Shown: piece after piece, positions 40,926 through 49,763 of the stretch
Layout: every line of letters begins with the position of its first letter
Position numbering within the stretch: position 1 is the stretch's first letter
Origin: an uncultured Nitrospiraceae bacterium
Lineage (GTDB): Bacteria; Nitrospirota; Thermodesulfovibrionia; Thermodesulfovibrionales; Dissulfurispiraceae
Direction: 5' to 3'
DNA: 64,000 nt
Assembly: GCA_963705105.1 (NCBI GenBank)
Contig: CAVPIW010000006.1
Coordinates: 608,001-672,000, forward strand
Position numbers and translations under genes: made by a program
The notes under the pieces: model-generated
Told to the model about the DNA's origin: nothing
Seen by the model: the letters and a program-made list of their open reading frames with translations, nothing else
Databases searched by the model: none

Positions 40926-42677
40926 TTATCCCTCATACCTGTTCGTTATCGGGAACCTCCGGTCCTTGCCGAAGGCCCTCGGCGTTATCTTGACGCCGGG
41001 GGGCGACTGGCGTCTCTTGTACTCGCTCGTATCGACCATCCTCAGGACACGCCGGACTGCCTGTTCCCCGCACCCCGGGACGGCACGGATTATCTCGTCA
41101 TGACTCATGTCCTTCTCGATGTAATCGCGGAGGATCGGGTCGAGCACGTCGTAGGGAGGAAGGGTGTCCGTGTCACGCTGGTCAGGCTTGAGCTCCGCCG
41201 TCGGCGCCTTGACGAGCACCCGCTCCGGGATGATGGCCCTCCCGGCGTCGTCGTTCCTCCACCGGCAGAGGTCATACACGAGGGTCTTGGGAACATCCTT
41301 GATGACGGCGAACCCGCCCGCCATATCCCCGTACAGCGTGGCATACCCCACGCTCATCTCCGACTTGTTTCCCGTCGTCAGCACGAGCCAGCCGAACTTG
41401 TTCGAGAAGGCCATCAGGATGTTCCCCCTGATCCTCGCCTGGATGTTCTCCTCCGTCGTGTCGACGGGGAGGCCCGAAAACCAGGGACCGAGGGTGGCCA
41501 GGAACTGTTTGAATATGTCGTCAATGGGCACTTCGATGACACGTATGCCGAGGGCCCCGGCAAGGTCCCTCACGTCCTGCCCGCTCTCGTCGGACGTATA
41601 GGGCGAAGGCATGAAGATCCCCGTGACGTGTTCATGCCCGACGGCATCGACGGCGACGGCGGCGACGATGGACGAATCGATGCCGCCGCTCAGGCCGATG
41701 CAGACCCCCGTGAACCTGTTCTTCCGGACATAGTCTCCTGTTCCGAGCACGAGGGCGCGGTAGACTTCTTCCGGCCCTCCCGGCAACTGTTCCATCTTCA
41801 CGGGGACGCGCCGGGGACAGGGAGGACGGCTTAACGCTCCCTGCGCGAAGGGACCGGGCAGGGGCACGCGCTCCGTCAGGCATCCCTGCTGCGACAGCAC
41901 CTGTTTCCTCCTCCTCGGGTCATGGAGCCTTTTCATCAGGACGGCATCAAGATCGATATCGACGACTATGAGGTCCTCTTCGAATGCCTTGCCTTCGGCG
42001 ATGATCTCTCCGCCCTGGTCGATGACGAAGCTGTGGCCGTCGAAGACGAGCTCGTCCTGGCCGCCGACGGTGTTCAGATACGCAACGGCAACGGAATTCT
42101 CCGAGGCGCGCGTCGAGAGCATCTTTCTGCGGAAGTCGGACTTGGCAATGTGGAAAGGAGAGGCGTTGATGTTGATGATGAGTTCCGCTCCTGCCAGGGC
42201 CTGGACCACCGTCGGGCCGTCGGGGTACCAGATGTCCTCGCAGATGTTGACACCGAAGAGGACGCCGTTCATGTCGTAAACGGGGTACCTCGTGCCCGTC
42301 TGGAAATAGCGGAATTCGTCGAAGACGCCGTAGTTCGGCAGGTGTACCTTGTGATAGACATCGACAATCTTTCCGGACCGGATGACCGCCGCGGCGTTGA
42401 AGATGTCGTCTTTCCTGTCTACAAACCCGACGACGACGGTGGCGTCGCCCACCATCTGCCGGACCTCGTCGAGGGCCTCCAGGTTGTCATCGATGAACTT
42501 CGGCCTCAGGAGCAGATCCTCGGGCGGGTAGCCCGTGATCGCAAGTTCCGGGAAGGCGATGATGTCAGGGCACAGCGGGGAGGCGTCGCCGATGAAGCGC
42601 CGTATCAGCTCCGTGTTTCCCCGGAGATCACCGACGGTCGGGTTGATCTGGCAGAGGGCGATGCGAACCGTTCTCAT
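40926..42677 (-). CDS. nadE: Glutamine-dependent NAD+ synthetase
   Basis: Nitrilase domain (FPEL, ICEDIW) plus SGGIDS, ENIQARIRG, TGNKSE and GYATLYGD. Confidence 0.95.
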   Translation of the reverse strand: MRTVRIALCQINPTVGDLRGNTELIRRFIGDASPLCPDIIAFPELAITGYPPEDLLLRPKFIDDNLEALDEVRQMVGDATVVVGFVDRKDDIFNAAAVIRSGKIVDVYHKVHLPNYGVFDEFRYFQTGTRYPVYDMNGVLFGVNICEDIWYPDGPTVVQALAGAELIININASPFHIAKSDFRRKMLSTRASENSVAVAYLNTVGGQDELVFDGHSFVIDQGGEIIAEGKAFEEDLIVVDIDLDAVLMKRLHDPRRRKQVLSQQGCLTERVPLPGPFAQGALSRPPCPRRVPVKMEQLPGGPEEVYRALVLGTGDYVRKNRFTGVCIGLSGGIDSSIVAAVAVDAVGHEHVTGIFMPSPYTSDESGQDVRDLAGALGIRVIEVPIDDIFKQFLATLGPWFSGLPVDTTEENIQARIRGNILMAFSNKFGWLVLTTGNKSEMSVGYATLYGDMAGGFAVIKDVPKTLVYDLCRWRNDDAGRAIIPERVLVKAPTAELKPDQRDTDTLPPYDVLDPILRDYIEKDMSHDEIIRAVPGCGEQAVRRVLRMVDTSEYKRRQSPPGVKITPRAFGKDRRFPITNRYEG

Positions 42678-42683
42678 GCATCA

Positions 42684-42712
42684 ATTGTAGCGCTCACCGG
42701 TGAAAATGTAAA
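42684..42712 (-). promoter_or_regulatory. nadE promoter (leaderless)
   Basis: TTTACA-17 nt-TACAAT, then 6 nt to the ATG; no SD. Confidence 0.6.
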
Positions 42713-42720
42713 CATTCTAT

Positions 42721-42933
42721 TTGTATAAAAAGGCGGGGCGAGGCGCCTCAAAGCCTCACTGGTAGCTGCGCGGTCTCCGGGACGGCAAATATGGTTCAAA
42801 GCCTTCCCGTCGGTGCGTTTATCGTCCCGTTTCTCTCTTTGCCTGCCGTCTATTGTCTATTGCATTCTGTCTACTGTCTACTGTTTCATGGCGCCTTTGC
42901 CCCGCATTTCCTGAGGGCGTATGCCACGATAAA
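42721..42933. repeat. IR-bounded element (reverse orientation, different interior)
   Basis: AAAGGCGGGGCGAGGCGCCTCAAAGC ... GCCCCGCATTTCCTGAGGGCGTATGCCACGAT. Confidence 0.7.
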
Positions 42934-42999
42934 GCGAACGTTGCCGTTGTTCTCTGTGATCTCTGTGACCTCTGTGGCTGAATGGCCTTTGTTGCCTGT

Positions 43000-44343
43000 T
43001 TATTTCGGCAGGATAAAGTAGAAGTTGTTCCCGTACTGCGTCGGTTCGTACCCCACGACACCGCAGTGGAGCTCGATGACGTTCTTGATGAAGGCCAGCC
43101 CGTGACCGGTGCCGGGACGTTTCTCGGCATTCGATCCCCTGAAATCCTCATCGAAAATCCTGCCCCTCTCCACGGGCGGAATGTGAGGTCCGGTGCTGAA
43201 GACGTTGTACTTGACACCGTCCCTGCCCTCTCCGAAATAATCCCTGATGATCTCCCGCCCGTAGGCTATATATTTCTTCCTCTCTCCCCAGTAGGTCTCG
43301 ACTTCCTCGGTATACTTCACGGCGTTCGAAAAGAGGTTCGCGTAAACCTGGGCGAGCAGTCCCACATCGACGACGCTGATCGTCTCCTCCTCGGGGATGC
43401 CGCTCGTCTGGTCGTCGACGGCAATCCCCCTGTCCTGGAGCTGGTCGCTGTAGCGGTCGAGCTGCGGCCGCACCACGTCCCGCGTTATGAAACAGGGTTT
43501 CGTCCTGAGGATCAGGCGTCCCTGGTCGAAATGGCTCCTCCTCAGGAGGGTCTCGAGAAAGAGACTCATGTTCTCGTAATGCTTTTCCAGATTCTCCAGT
43601 TCCTCCCTGAGCCCGCGGTTCACGTCGGCCAGCTCCGCAAGGACGCGGTCCTTGCATCCCCTGTCGCAGGGCTCCTCGTCCAGGTGAAGCAGGACGTCCT
43701 CTATCTCCCTGTTCTTGAGGATCTTCGCCTTGATGCGGCGCAGGTAGAGTTTATAGACGATGTTCGGCACGATGATGTTGTGCTCGATATCGGCGACGAG
43801 GTTGCGGATGAACCGCAGGTGCTCTGCATTCTTCTCGGCCATATACCGGTTGTGAATGTTGAATCCGATGCGGTTCGCAAACTTTTCGAAGAACAGCTTC
43901 TGCTGGTCATCCGGCTCCGCGATGGGGAAGACCTCAAGGAACCCGAGGACCTTGTCCGTCGTTTTAAAGGGAAGCTGATTGATGAGCACGTCTTTCCCCC
44001 TGATCATCAGGACGAGACTCTTCAGATCGGTGTAATAGGGCGCGTCACGGGGAACGATATCAGCCGGCGGCGTTGTGTGAAGGGCCGACTCGTCCTCTTC
44101 AGTCGTCGCAACGAGTCTGAGTTCCGCCTTCTTCAATTCTATAAGATAGAGCCTGCATTCAAGCTTGAAAAAGCTTTTCGGGATGGCGACGCAGAGGTTG
44201 TAGAAGTCATCGACCTTGTCGATTTCCTGGGCCAGGTCGAAAAACGTCTTGAGGGCGTCGTTCTCGCGCTGCGAGAAGTTGTACCTCCAATAATCCCCCT
44301 TTTTCTGCTCGATTCTTTCCAGAATGTTTTCCCGGATCGCCAT
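43000..44343 (-). CDS. Cytoplasmic sensor histidine kinase
   Basis: NLFSNAVKY, STGPHI and GTGHGLAF HATPase boxes; DIEHN candidate H-box. Confidence 0.85.
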   Translation of the reverse strand: MAIRENILERIEQKKGDYWRYNFSQRENDALKTFFDLAQEIDKVDDFYNLCVAIPKSFFKLECRLYLIELKKAELRLVATTEEDESALHTTPPADIVPRDAPYYTDLKSLVLMIRGKDVLINQLPFKTTDKVLGFLEVFPIAEPDDQQKLFFEKFANRIGFNIHNRYMAEKNAEHLRFIRNLVADIEHNIIVPNIVYKLYLRRIKAKILKNREIEDVLLHLDEEPCDRGCKDRVLAELADVNRGLREELENLEKHYENMSLFLETLLRRSHFDQGRLILRTKPCFITRDVVRPQLDRYSDQLQDRGIAVDDQTSGIPEEETISVVDVGLLAQVYANLFSNAVKYTEEVETYWGERKKYIAYGREIIRDYFGEGRDGVKYNVFSTGPHIPPVERGRIFDEDFRGSNAEKRPGTGHGLAFIKNVIELHCGVVGYEPTQYGNNFYFILPK

Positions 44344-44656
44344 GGCGTTATCCCCTGCGAGGAATTGATTGATCGGCGCATCGCACCATGCCCATCAATC
44401 CTCACGATTCAAATTACGGATTGAGACAATGATCACATCAGAATGTTGCCCGATATTATATCAGATTCTTCGGCCCGCGGGGTTTTCATAAGAGCTCATT
44501 GGTGTCCAAAATAGCCTGAAACCAGGACAGGAATCGATTTCTTCACAATAAACAAGGGCGCTCTATTTTCCGGCCCTATCCCCTGCATGTCTGAAACATT
44601 TCAGAAATATTTCCTCCCTTGCACGCTGGCTGCGATTTCCATACAATTATTATTAC

Positions 44657-44792
44657 GGTTGCATGAAAAGGCGGGGCAAAGCGCTCTGAAAATATAGTGT
44701 CAGTGACAGTGTGAGTGTCAGCAAAAGGTTCTCTTTTCTTCAGACGTCGGCCTATAATGGTCTCTATGGGACGGCAAAGGTGTCGCAGCACC
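44657..44792. repeat. IR-bounded element, subtype B, partial, reverse
   Basis: Reverse complement matches the 3' two-thirds of the 40389-40585 copy. Confidence 0.75.
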
Positions 44793-44832
44793 ACAATACC
44801 ATGACAATCAGGTACCGAAAGGGGGCAAGCGC

Positions 44833-45594
44833 ATGTGCCTCGTACTTCTCGCATGGCATGCACATCGTGATTATCCGCTGATCGTCGCAGCGAACCGCGA
44901 CGAGTTCTTCGATCGCCCCACCGGGCAGGCGGCCTTCTGGGAGGATAACCCTGGAGTGCTCGGGGGCAGAGACCTGGCCCGGGGCGGCACATGGCTCGGC
45001 ATCACCCGCTCAGGCCGGTTCGCAGCACTCACGAACTATCGCGAACCGTCTCTGAAACTCCGCGATGCGCTGTCGCGGGGCGCAGTGGTCGCCCGCTTCC
45101 TGACGGACGAAGAGAGCCCTGCCCGGTTTCGGGACTTCCTTGATACCGAGGGACACAAGTACAACGGGTTCAACATCCTGTTCAGCGACGGCCGCACAAT
45201 GGGCTACTACTCGAACGTCGACGGCGGAGGACGGGTGTTGGCACCCGGCATATACGGGCTGTCCAATCACCTGCTCGACACGCCCTGGCCGAAGGTCGTC
45301 CGCGCGAAGAATGCCGTCTCCTCCGCAATTGACGCACTGCCGGATGTTGAGCCGCTCTTCACGCTGCTGCGGGATGACCGCATCGCCCATGATGAGGAGC
45401 TGCCCGATACCGGCGTGAGCCTCGACTGGGAGAGGCTGCTCTCCGCGGCATTCGTCCGCTCGCCTTCCTACGGGACGCGGTCGAGCACGGTTTTGTTCGT
45501 CACCGCAGGTGGCCTGACGCGATTCGTCGAAAGGACCTTCCTGCACGACGGGGCGCCGGGCGGAGACGCCGCATTCACCTTCTATACAGTGTGA
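44833..45594 (+). CDS. NRDE/TANGO2 family protein
   Basis: MC start; ANRDEF, GGTWLG and YGTRSST motifs. Confidence 0.95.
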   Translation: MCLVLLAWHAHRDYPLIVAANRDEFFDRPTGQAAFWEDNPGVLGGRDLARGGTWLGITRSGRFAALTNYREPSLKLRDALSRGAVVARFLTDEESPARFRDFLDTEGHKYNGFNILFSDGRTMGYYSNVDGGGRVLAPGIYGLSNHLLDTPWPKVVRAKNAVSSAIDALPDVEPLFTLLRDDRIAHDEELPDTGVSLDWERLLSAAFVRSPSYGTRSSTVLFVTAGGLTRFVERTFLHDGAPGGDAAFTFYTV

Positions 45595-45695
45595 GTGTGA
45601 GTGTCAGTGTCAGTGAATGTGCACGTTCTTATCATGGATATGGCCACCCTCCCCCCCAGGGGAAGAGGGGTTGGGAGATAGGCACGGCGATTATT

Positions 45696-45911
45696 AACCT
45701 TATCGTTGCAATACACTCCCGGGAAAGGCGGGGTGTATGCGCCGAAAACCTTGCTGCGGCGACTCCTGTATCAAAACGAAAGATGAACTATACGCCAATG
45801 GTCGATGACACAAAGAGTGGAATCCTGAAACACGAAGATGACAATGCGTATCGTCGCCTTCAGCAAGGCTTTGAGGCGCTTCGCCCCGCCTTTCTATTCA
45901 ACGACAGGGTT
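45696..45911. repeat. IR-bounded element, subtype A (216 bp)
   Basis: Near-identical to 20988-21203. Confidence 0.85.
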
Positions 45912-45992
45912 TATTTCCCCCGTTCTCTGTGATCTCTGTGACCTCTGTGGCTGAATGGCCTTTCTCTGCGCTCTTTGCGGCTTTGCGTGAGA

Positions 45993-48282
45993 CTACAGGA
46001 CGATCGTCACCGTCGCCCCTGTGGAGACGTGAGCCCCGAAGTCCCATCGCTGCATCACCTTCCTAAGACAGTCAGCGACGGGTTTCGATGCCGCAGAGGT
46101 GACGGACGTCACCTTCCCCTTTTTGATGACGATGGACAGCATGATCTGACCGTGAAGCCCTTTGCCTGCGAGGCATCTTTTCATATCGACAAGTTTACCG
46201 CTGAGCACCGCCTCAATCCCGGCTTTGTGCTCCCTCCGGTCCGCTTCGACCTTCGTGATGCGAAGAGAAAGGTCCCCCTCGCCTTCCGAGCGGCCCGTTT
46301 TTTCCTTCGCCGCGTCCTGTGCCATTTCTTTCCGCGACGTCTTGCGCTCCATGACTCCCAAAGCCTGAGGCGCCGCCGATGCCACGGCATAATTTGAAAC
46401 CCCTTCGGGCAGGGGAAGCGGCTGCTTTATCGTCGTCGCATTCCCTCCGGCGTTCCTGACGAGCGTATCGACGGCGACGAACGAGGTGTATGCCGTCAGA
46501 AGGCTGTATTGCAGACCGAGCCTCGTCACCTCGCCGGTCCTGCCCTCGTCGGACCTGAGCGCGTTGTAGTCCGACAGGAGCGCCACCCTGTTCCTCGCCC
46601 AGAGAAAGCGCAGCGCTGAGTTCCTTCTTATCGGGCTTTGCTGCACCCACATCGATGACTTCCGAGTGCTTCGAGTTCCCGGTGATACCGCCGACCCTGA
46701 TGGTGCCTCCCGGCCTGCCCTTCCATTTCCCGCAGATCACTACGGGCCGGTCGGCAAGCACATCCGGAACCGAAGGGGGGTCCACATCGTAGACCTCGAA
46801 TCCCCGGTAATCGATAGAGATGTTGGTGAGCACAGGGGACTGGATGAGCTTCCGGAAGGCCGTTGCCTTCTCCCGGGCTTCCTCCGCCCTCGTCACCACG
46901 AAAGGCTCTCCCGCGCCGACCCTCGCCATGCCTTCGATAAGATGCCTGTTGACGGCTGAGCCGATGCCGAAGGTGAACATATTCGCGTCACCGAGATGTC
47001 TTCGCATGAGATCGAACACCTCCTCCTCGACGGTCACATAACCGTCCGTGACAATGACCACGGTCCTCGAAAACCCCTTCGACCCCGGCAGGGAAAGGGC
47101 CCGTTTGAGTGCCGGCAGCAACTCTGTTCCTCCTCCCCCCGTCTGCCTTTCGATCACGTTCACCGCCTTCGCAATGTTCTCCTGCGTCGCAGGCAGCGAC
47201 TTTTCGGCCATCACCGTGTTGCCGCCGGAAAAGAGGAGCACGTTGAAGACATCCGTCGGTCTCAGGCCGCCGATGAGGTCCTTCAGGAGCTTTTTCGAAA
47301 TATCCAGGGGAAAGCCGTGCATCGATCCGGACACGTCGACGATGAATATGTACTCGCGGCCGGGGATGTCTTTCGCTGTTACCCTCTTCGGCGGCTGCAC
47401 CGTCAGGAGAAAGAAGTTCTCCCTTTCGCCCTCATAGAGGAGGAGTCCGGAGCCGATATGCCTGTCCGCCAGGGTATATCTCAGGATGAAATCCCTGTTG
47501 CCCGATCCTGCCTGCCCCTTCGCCAAAGAGACCGCTGCAGAGGACGGCCCGCTGTAGCGTACATCGATTTTGTGCGACGGCGACGATATGCCGCTGACGG
47601 GAACGCCCGTCAGCAGGCTCGTCCTGATCTCGAATGAATAGGTCGGCGCCTGGCTTTCCTTCAGATAGGGGTTGCTCACCCACTTGTCGCCCGGGGACGT
47701 ACCGCTTCCCGCATACCTCGGCCCCACGACGGTCGGGTAGACGAACTCATAGATCCCGTCGGTGGGCACGACGATTTCGGTGTATTTGAGTTCAACCTTC
47801 ACCACGTCACCGGGCATGATGTTGCCGACGGTCATCTGGAAGACATTGGGCCTCTGCTGTTCCAGGAGCGACGCCGTTTTGCCTTCCCTGACCGCCTCGT
47901 CGTAGCGTTTTCGTGCCTCTTCCTTTTTTTGAATCACCGCGGTGATCGTCCTTTCCCCGATCGTCATCTTCATACCATATACCGCCGCCCGCGTCGAAGC
48001 AGGAAAGACATAGACGGCCTCGATGGCCTTTTTACCGCGGTTTTCATAGACCTGCGTCACCTGTACATCGGCGATCACCCCGGCGATGTTCACCGCAGCA
48101 GATGTCGACGTGAGGGGCAGGCTCTCCGCGCCCTCATCACCGCCGGGGACAAAGAAGTACGGCGCCAGGGTCCTGTCCCCCGATTCATCCTCCTTCGGCC
48201 CGTCGACTCCCTTCGACCAGCACAGACCCGATACAACGAGAACAACGGCAACTGCAAACCCGATCAACTTCATTCTCTCCAT
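45993..48282 (-). CDS. VIT + vWA domain exported protein, +1 frameshift near 46625
   Basis: VIT (IEAVYVFP, ASLLEQQRPNVF) and MIDAS DVSGSM / VTDG motifs. The C-terminal LQYSLLTAYTSFVAVD is in another frame. Confidence 0.85.
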
Positions 48283-48667
48283 GGTGCTTCCTCCTTGTAT
48301 GAATGGGTTTTGGTTCTTAGATGCCGCAGGGGGAGGAAAAGTTCCCGAAAAAGACAGGCAATACGAGAGCCGGCAGTCAGCAGTCAATATAACAGTCATA
48401 ATAACGAGCACCATGGCGATGATGGTCCCGGGTGAAATCTCAAAGCGCACTACTTCCGCTCGGGCGGGACCATCTTTCGGCGGTGGCTCGTGCCGCTGCC
48501 CCTCCCATCGCGATGATGGTGCGTCGTACCATGCTGCTCATCAGAGTGAGACGTCTTTTCTCCTTCACCGTCAAGGAAGCCCGCTCACTGCCTGATTGAA
48601 GAAGCTTTGACATCTGGGGTCATTGTGTGATAATCTCTATCACAAAAAAACAGGGGGGTACGAGATT

Positions 48668-49099
48668 ATGAAGAAGGCATTATTAGCCGGTTTGGCCGTT
48701 TTTATCAGCATTGCATTTGTGACGAATGTATTTGCCCAGATGTCCGAGAAGAAGGAAACGACTACCACTACCACTACCACAACCACTCCTGCGAAGAAAC
48801 AAACAACTACCACTACCGCAACGAAAAGCAAGGGCATGAAGTTCACGGGCGAAGTCACGAACATGGATATGGCAGGGAAGATGATGACCGTGAAAGGCAA
48901 GAAGGGCGACATGACCTTCGACGTTTCAAGCGCCAAGATGAAGGGCCAGGTTAAGGCCGGCGACATGGTTACGGTGAAGTACATGGAGAAAGACGGCACG
49001 ATGATGGCCTCTTCAGTCACCAAGGGGAAAGCGAAGAAGACGACGACCACAAAGACCACTACCACAACAACAAAGACAAAGGAAGAAACCACGAAGTAA
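48668..49099 (+). CDS. Small exported Thr/Lys-rich protein with a beta-barrel-like core
   Basis: Signal peptide; poly-Thr tracts flank FTGEV...VKAGDMVTVKY. Confidence 0.8.
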   Translation: MKKALLAGLAVFISIAFVTNVFAQMSEKKETTTTTTTTTTPAKKQTTTTTATKSKGMKFTGEVTNMDMAGKMMTVKGKKGDMTFDVSSAKMKGQVKAGDMVTVKYMEKDGTMMASSVTKGKAKKTTTTKTTTTTTKTKEETTK

Positions 49100-49440
49100 G
49101 AATCCAGGTCATACCCAGGGACGGGGGAGACAGAGCGAGTCCCCCCTGTCCAGCACAATCAACGCATCAACCGCGTCAGGCGCTGTTCCTGAGAGTATAA
49201 TGGGGTTGATGTCGATTTCTTAAACATCGTTCCGCCATCGCTTATGTTTACATAGACCTCCGCTCCTCCCTTTCCTTCACGCCGTGGAAGCAAAAAAGCA
49301 AGAGGAATGCCTGACATATCAGGAGACTCCTGATATGTCAGAAGACGGCACTGTTCGCAATATCATTCCCTCATCGCAGCATTCGCTGAAGTTCCTGTCA
49401 TTTCAAAGTCTTAAAGGATCCTTTCTTTCAACGCAGGTCT

Positions 49441-49456
49441 TGGCACAACTTATGCT
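49441..49456 (+). promoter_or_regulatory. Sigma54-type promoter
   Basis: TGGCACAACTTATGCT has GG-N10-GC spacing, 45 nt upstream of a small ORF. Confidence 0.6.
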
Positions 49457-49501
49457 CATTAACATTATGCAGTAGGCGTTTAGAGAGAAAGGAGAAGAGT
49501 C

Positions 49502-49582
49502 ATGAACACGGAAACCTTACTTATCATCATTTTTTTGATTTTGATCTTCGGCGGAGGTGGATTCTGGTGGAGTCGACGTTAG
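49502..49582 (+). CDS. 26-aa single-TM peptide (DUF3309-like)
   Basis: MNTETLLIIIFLILIFGGGGFWWSRR*; SD AAGGAG; below the ORF track cutoff. Confidence 0.7.
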   Translation: MNTETLLIIIFLILIFGGGGFWWSRR

Positions 49583-49672
49583 GTATTCACAAAGACAGGA
49601 GGAGGCAAATCAGGGTCGTTTTTCTTGTCGTCAGTCGTAGCAGTCAAGTCGAAATCCAAAAGGGGGAATGTC

Positions 49673-49753
49673 ATGAAATCCAGCATGAAGGACAAAGTGA
49701 ACCCCAGCTCGATAGGAGTTTTCTCATATGACTTCTGCGTAAGGGGAACTTAG
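49673..49753 (+). pseudogene. Possible CsbD-like 5' remnant
   Basis: MKSSMKDKV start with a strong SD, then similarity is lost. Confidence 0.35.
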
Positions 49754-49763
49754 GAAAAAACCC

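Noticed and set aside
40704..44424. Long antisense ORFs (376 aa and 480 aa) and similar shadow ORFs elsewhere
   Set aside because: They lie opposite well-supported genes and are expected from GC-rich codon bias; they show no motifs.
20806..45911. Repeats as a CRISPR array
   Set aside because: Copies are dispersed, about 200 bp long, and have no regular repeat-spacer period; no cas genes are present.
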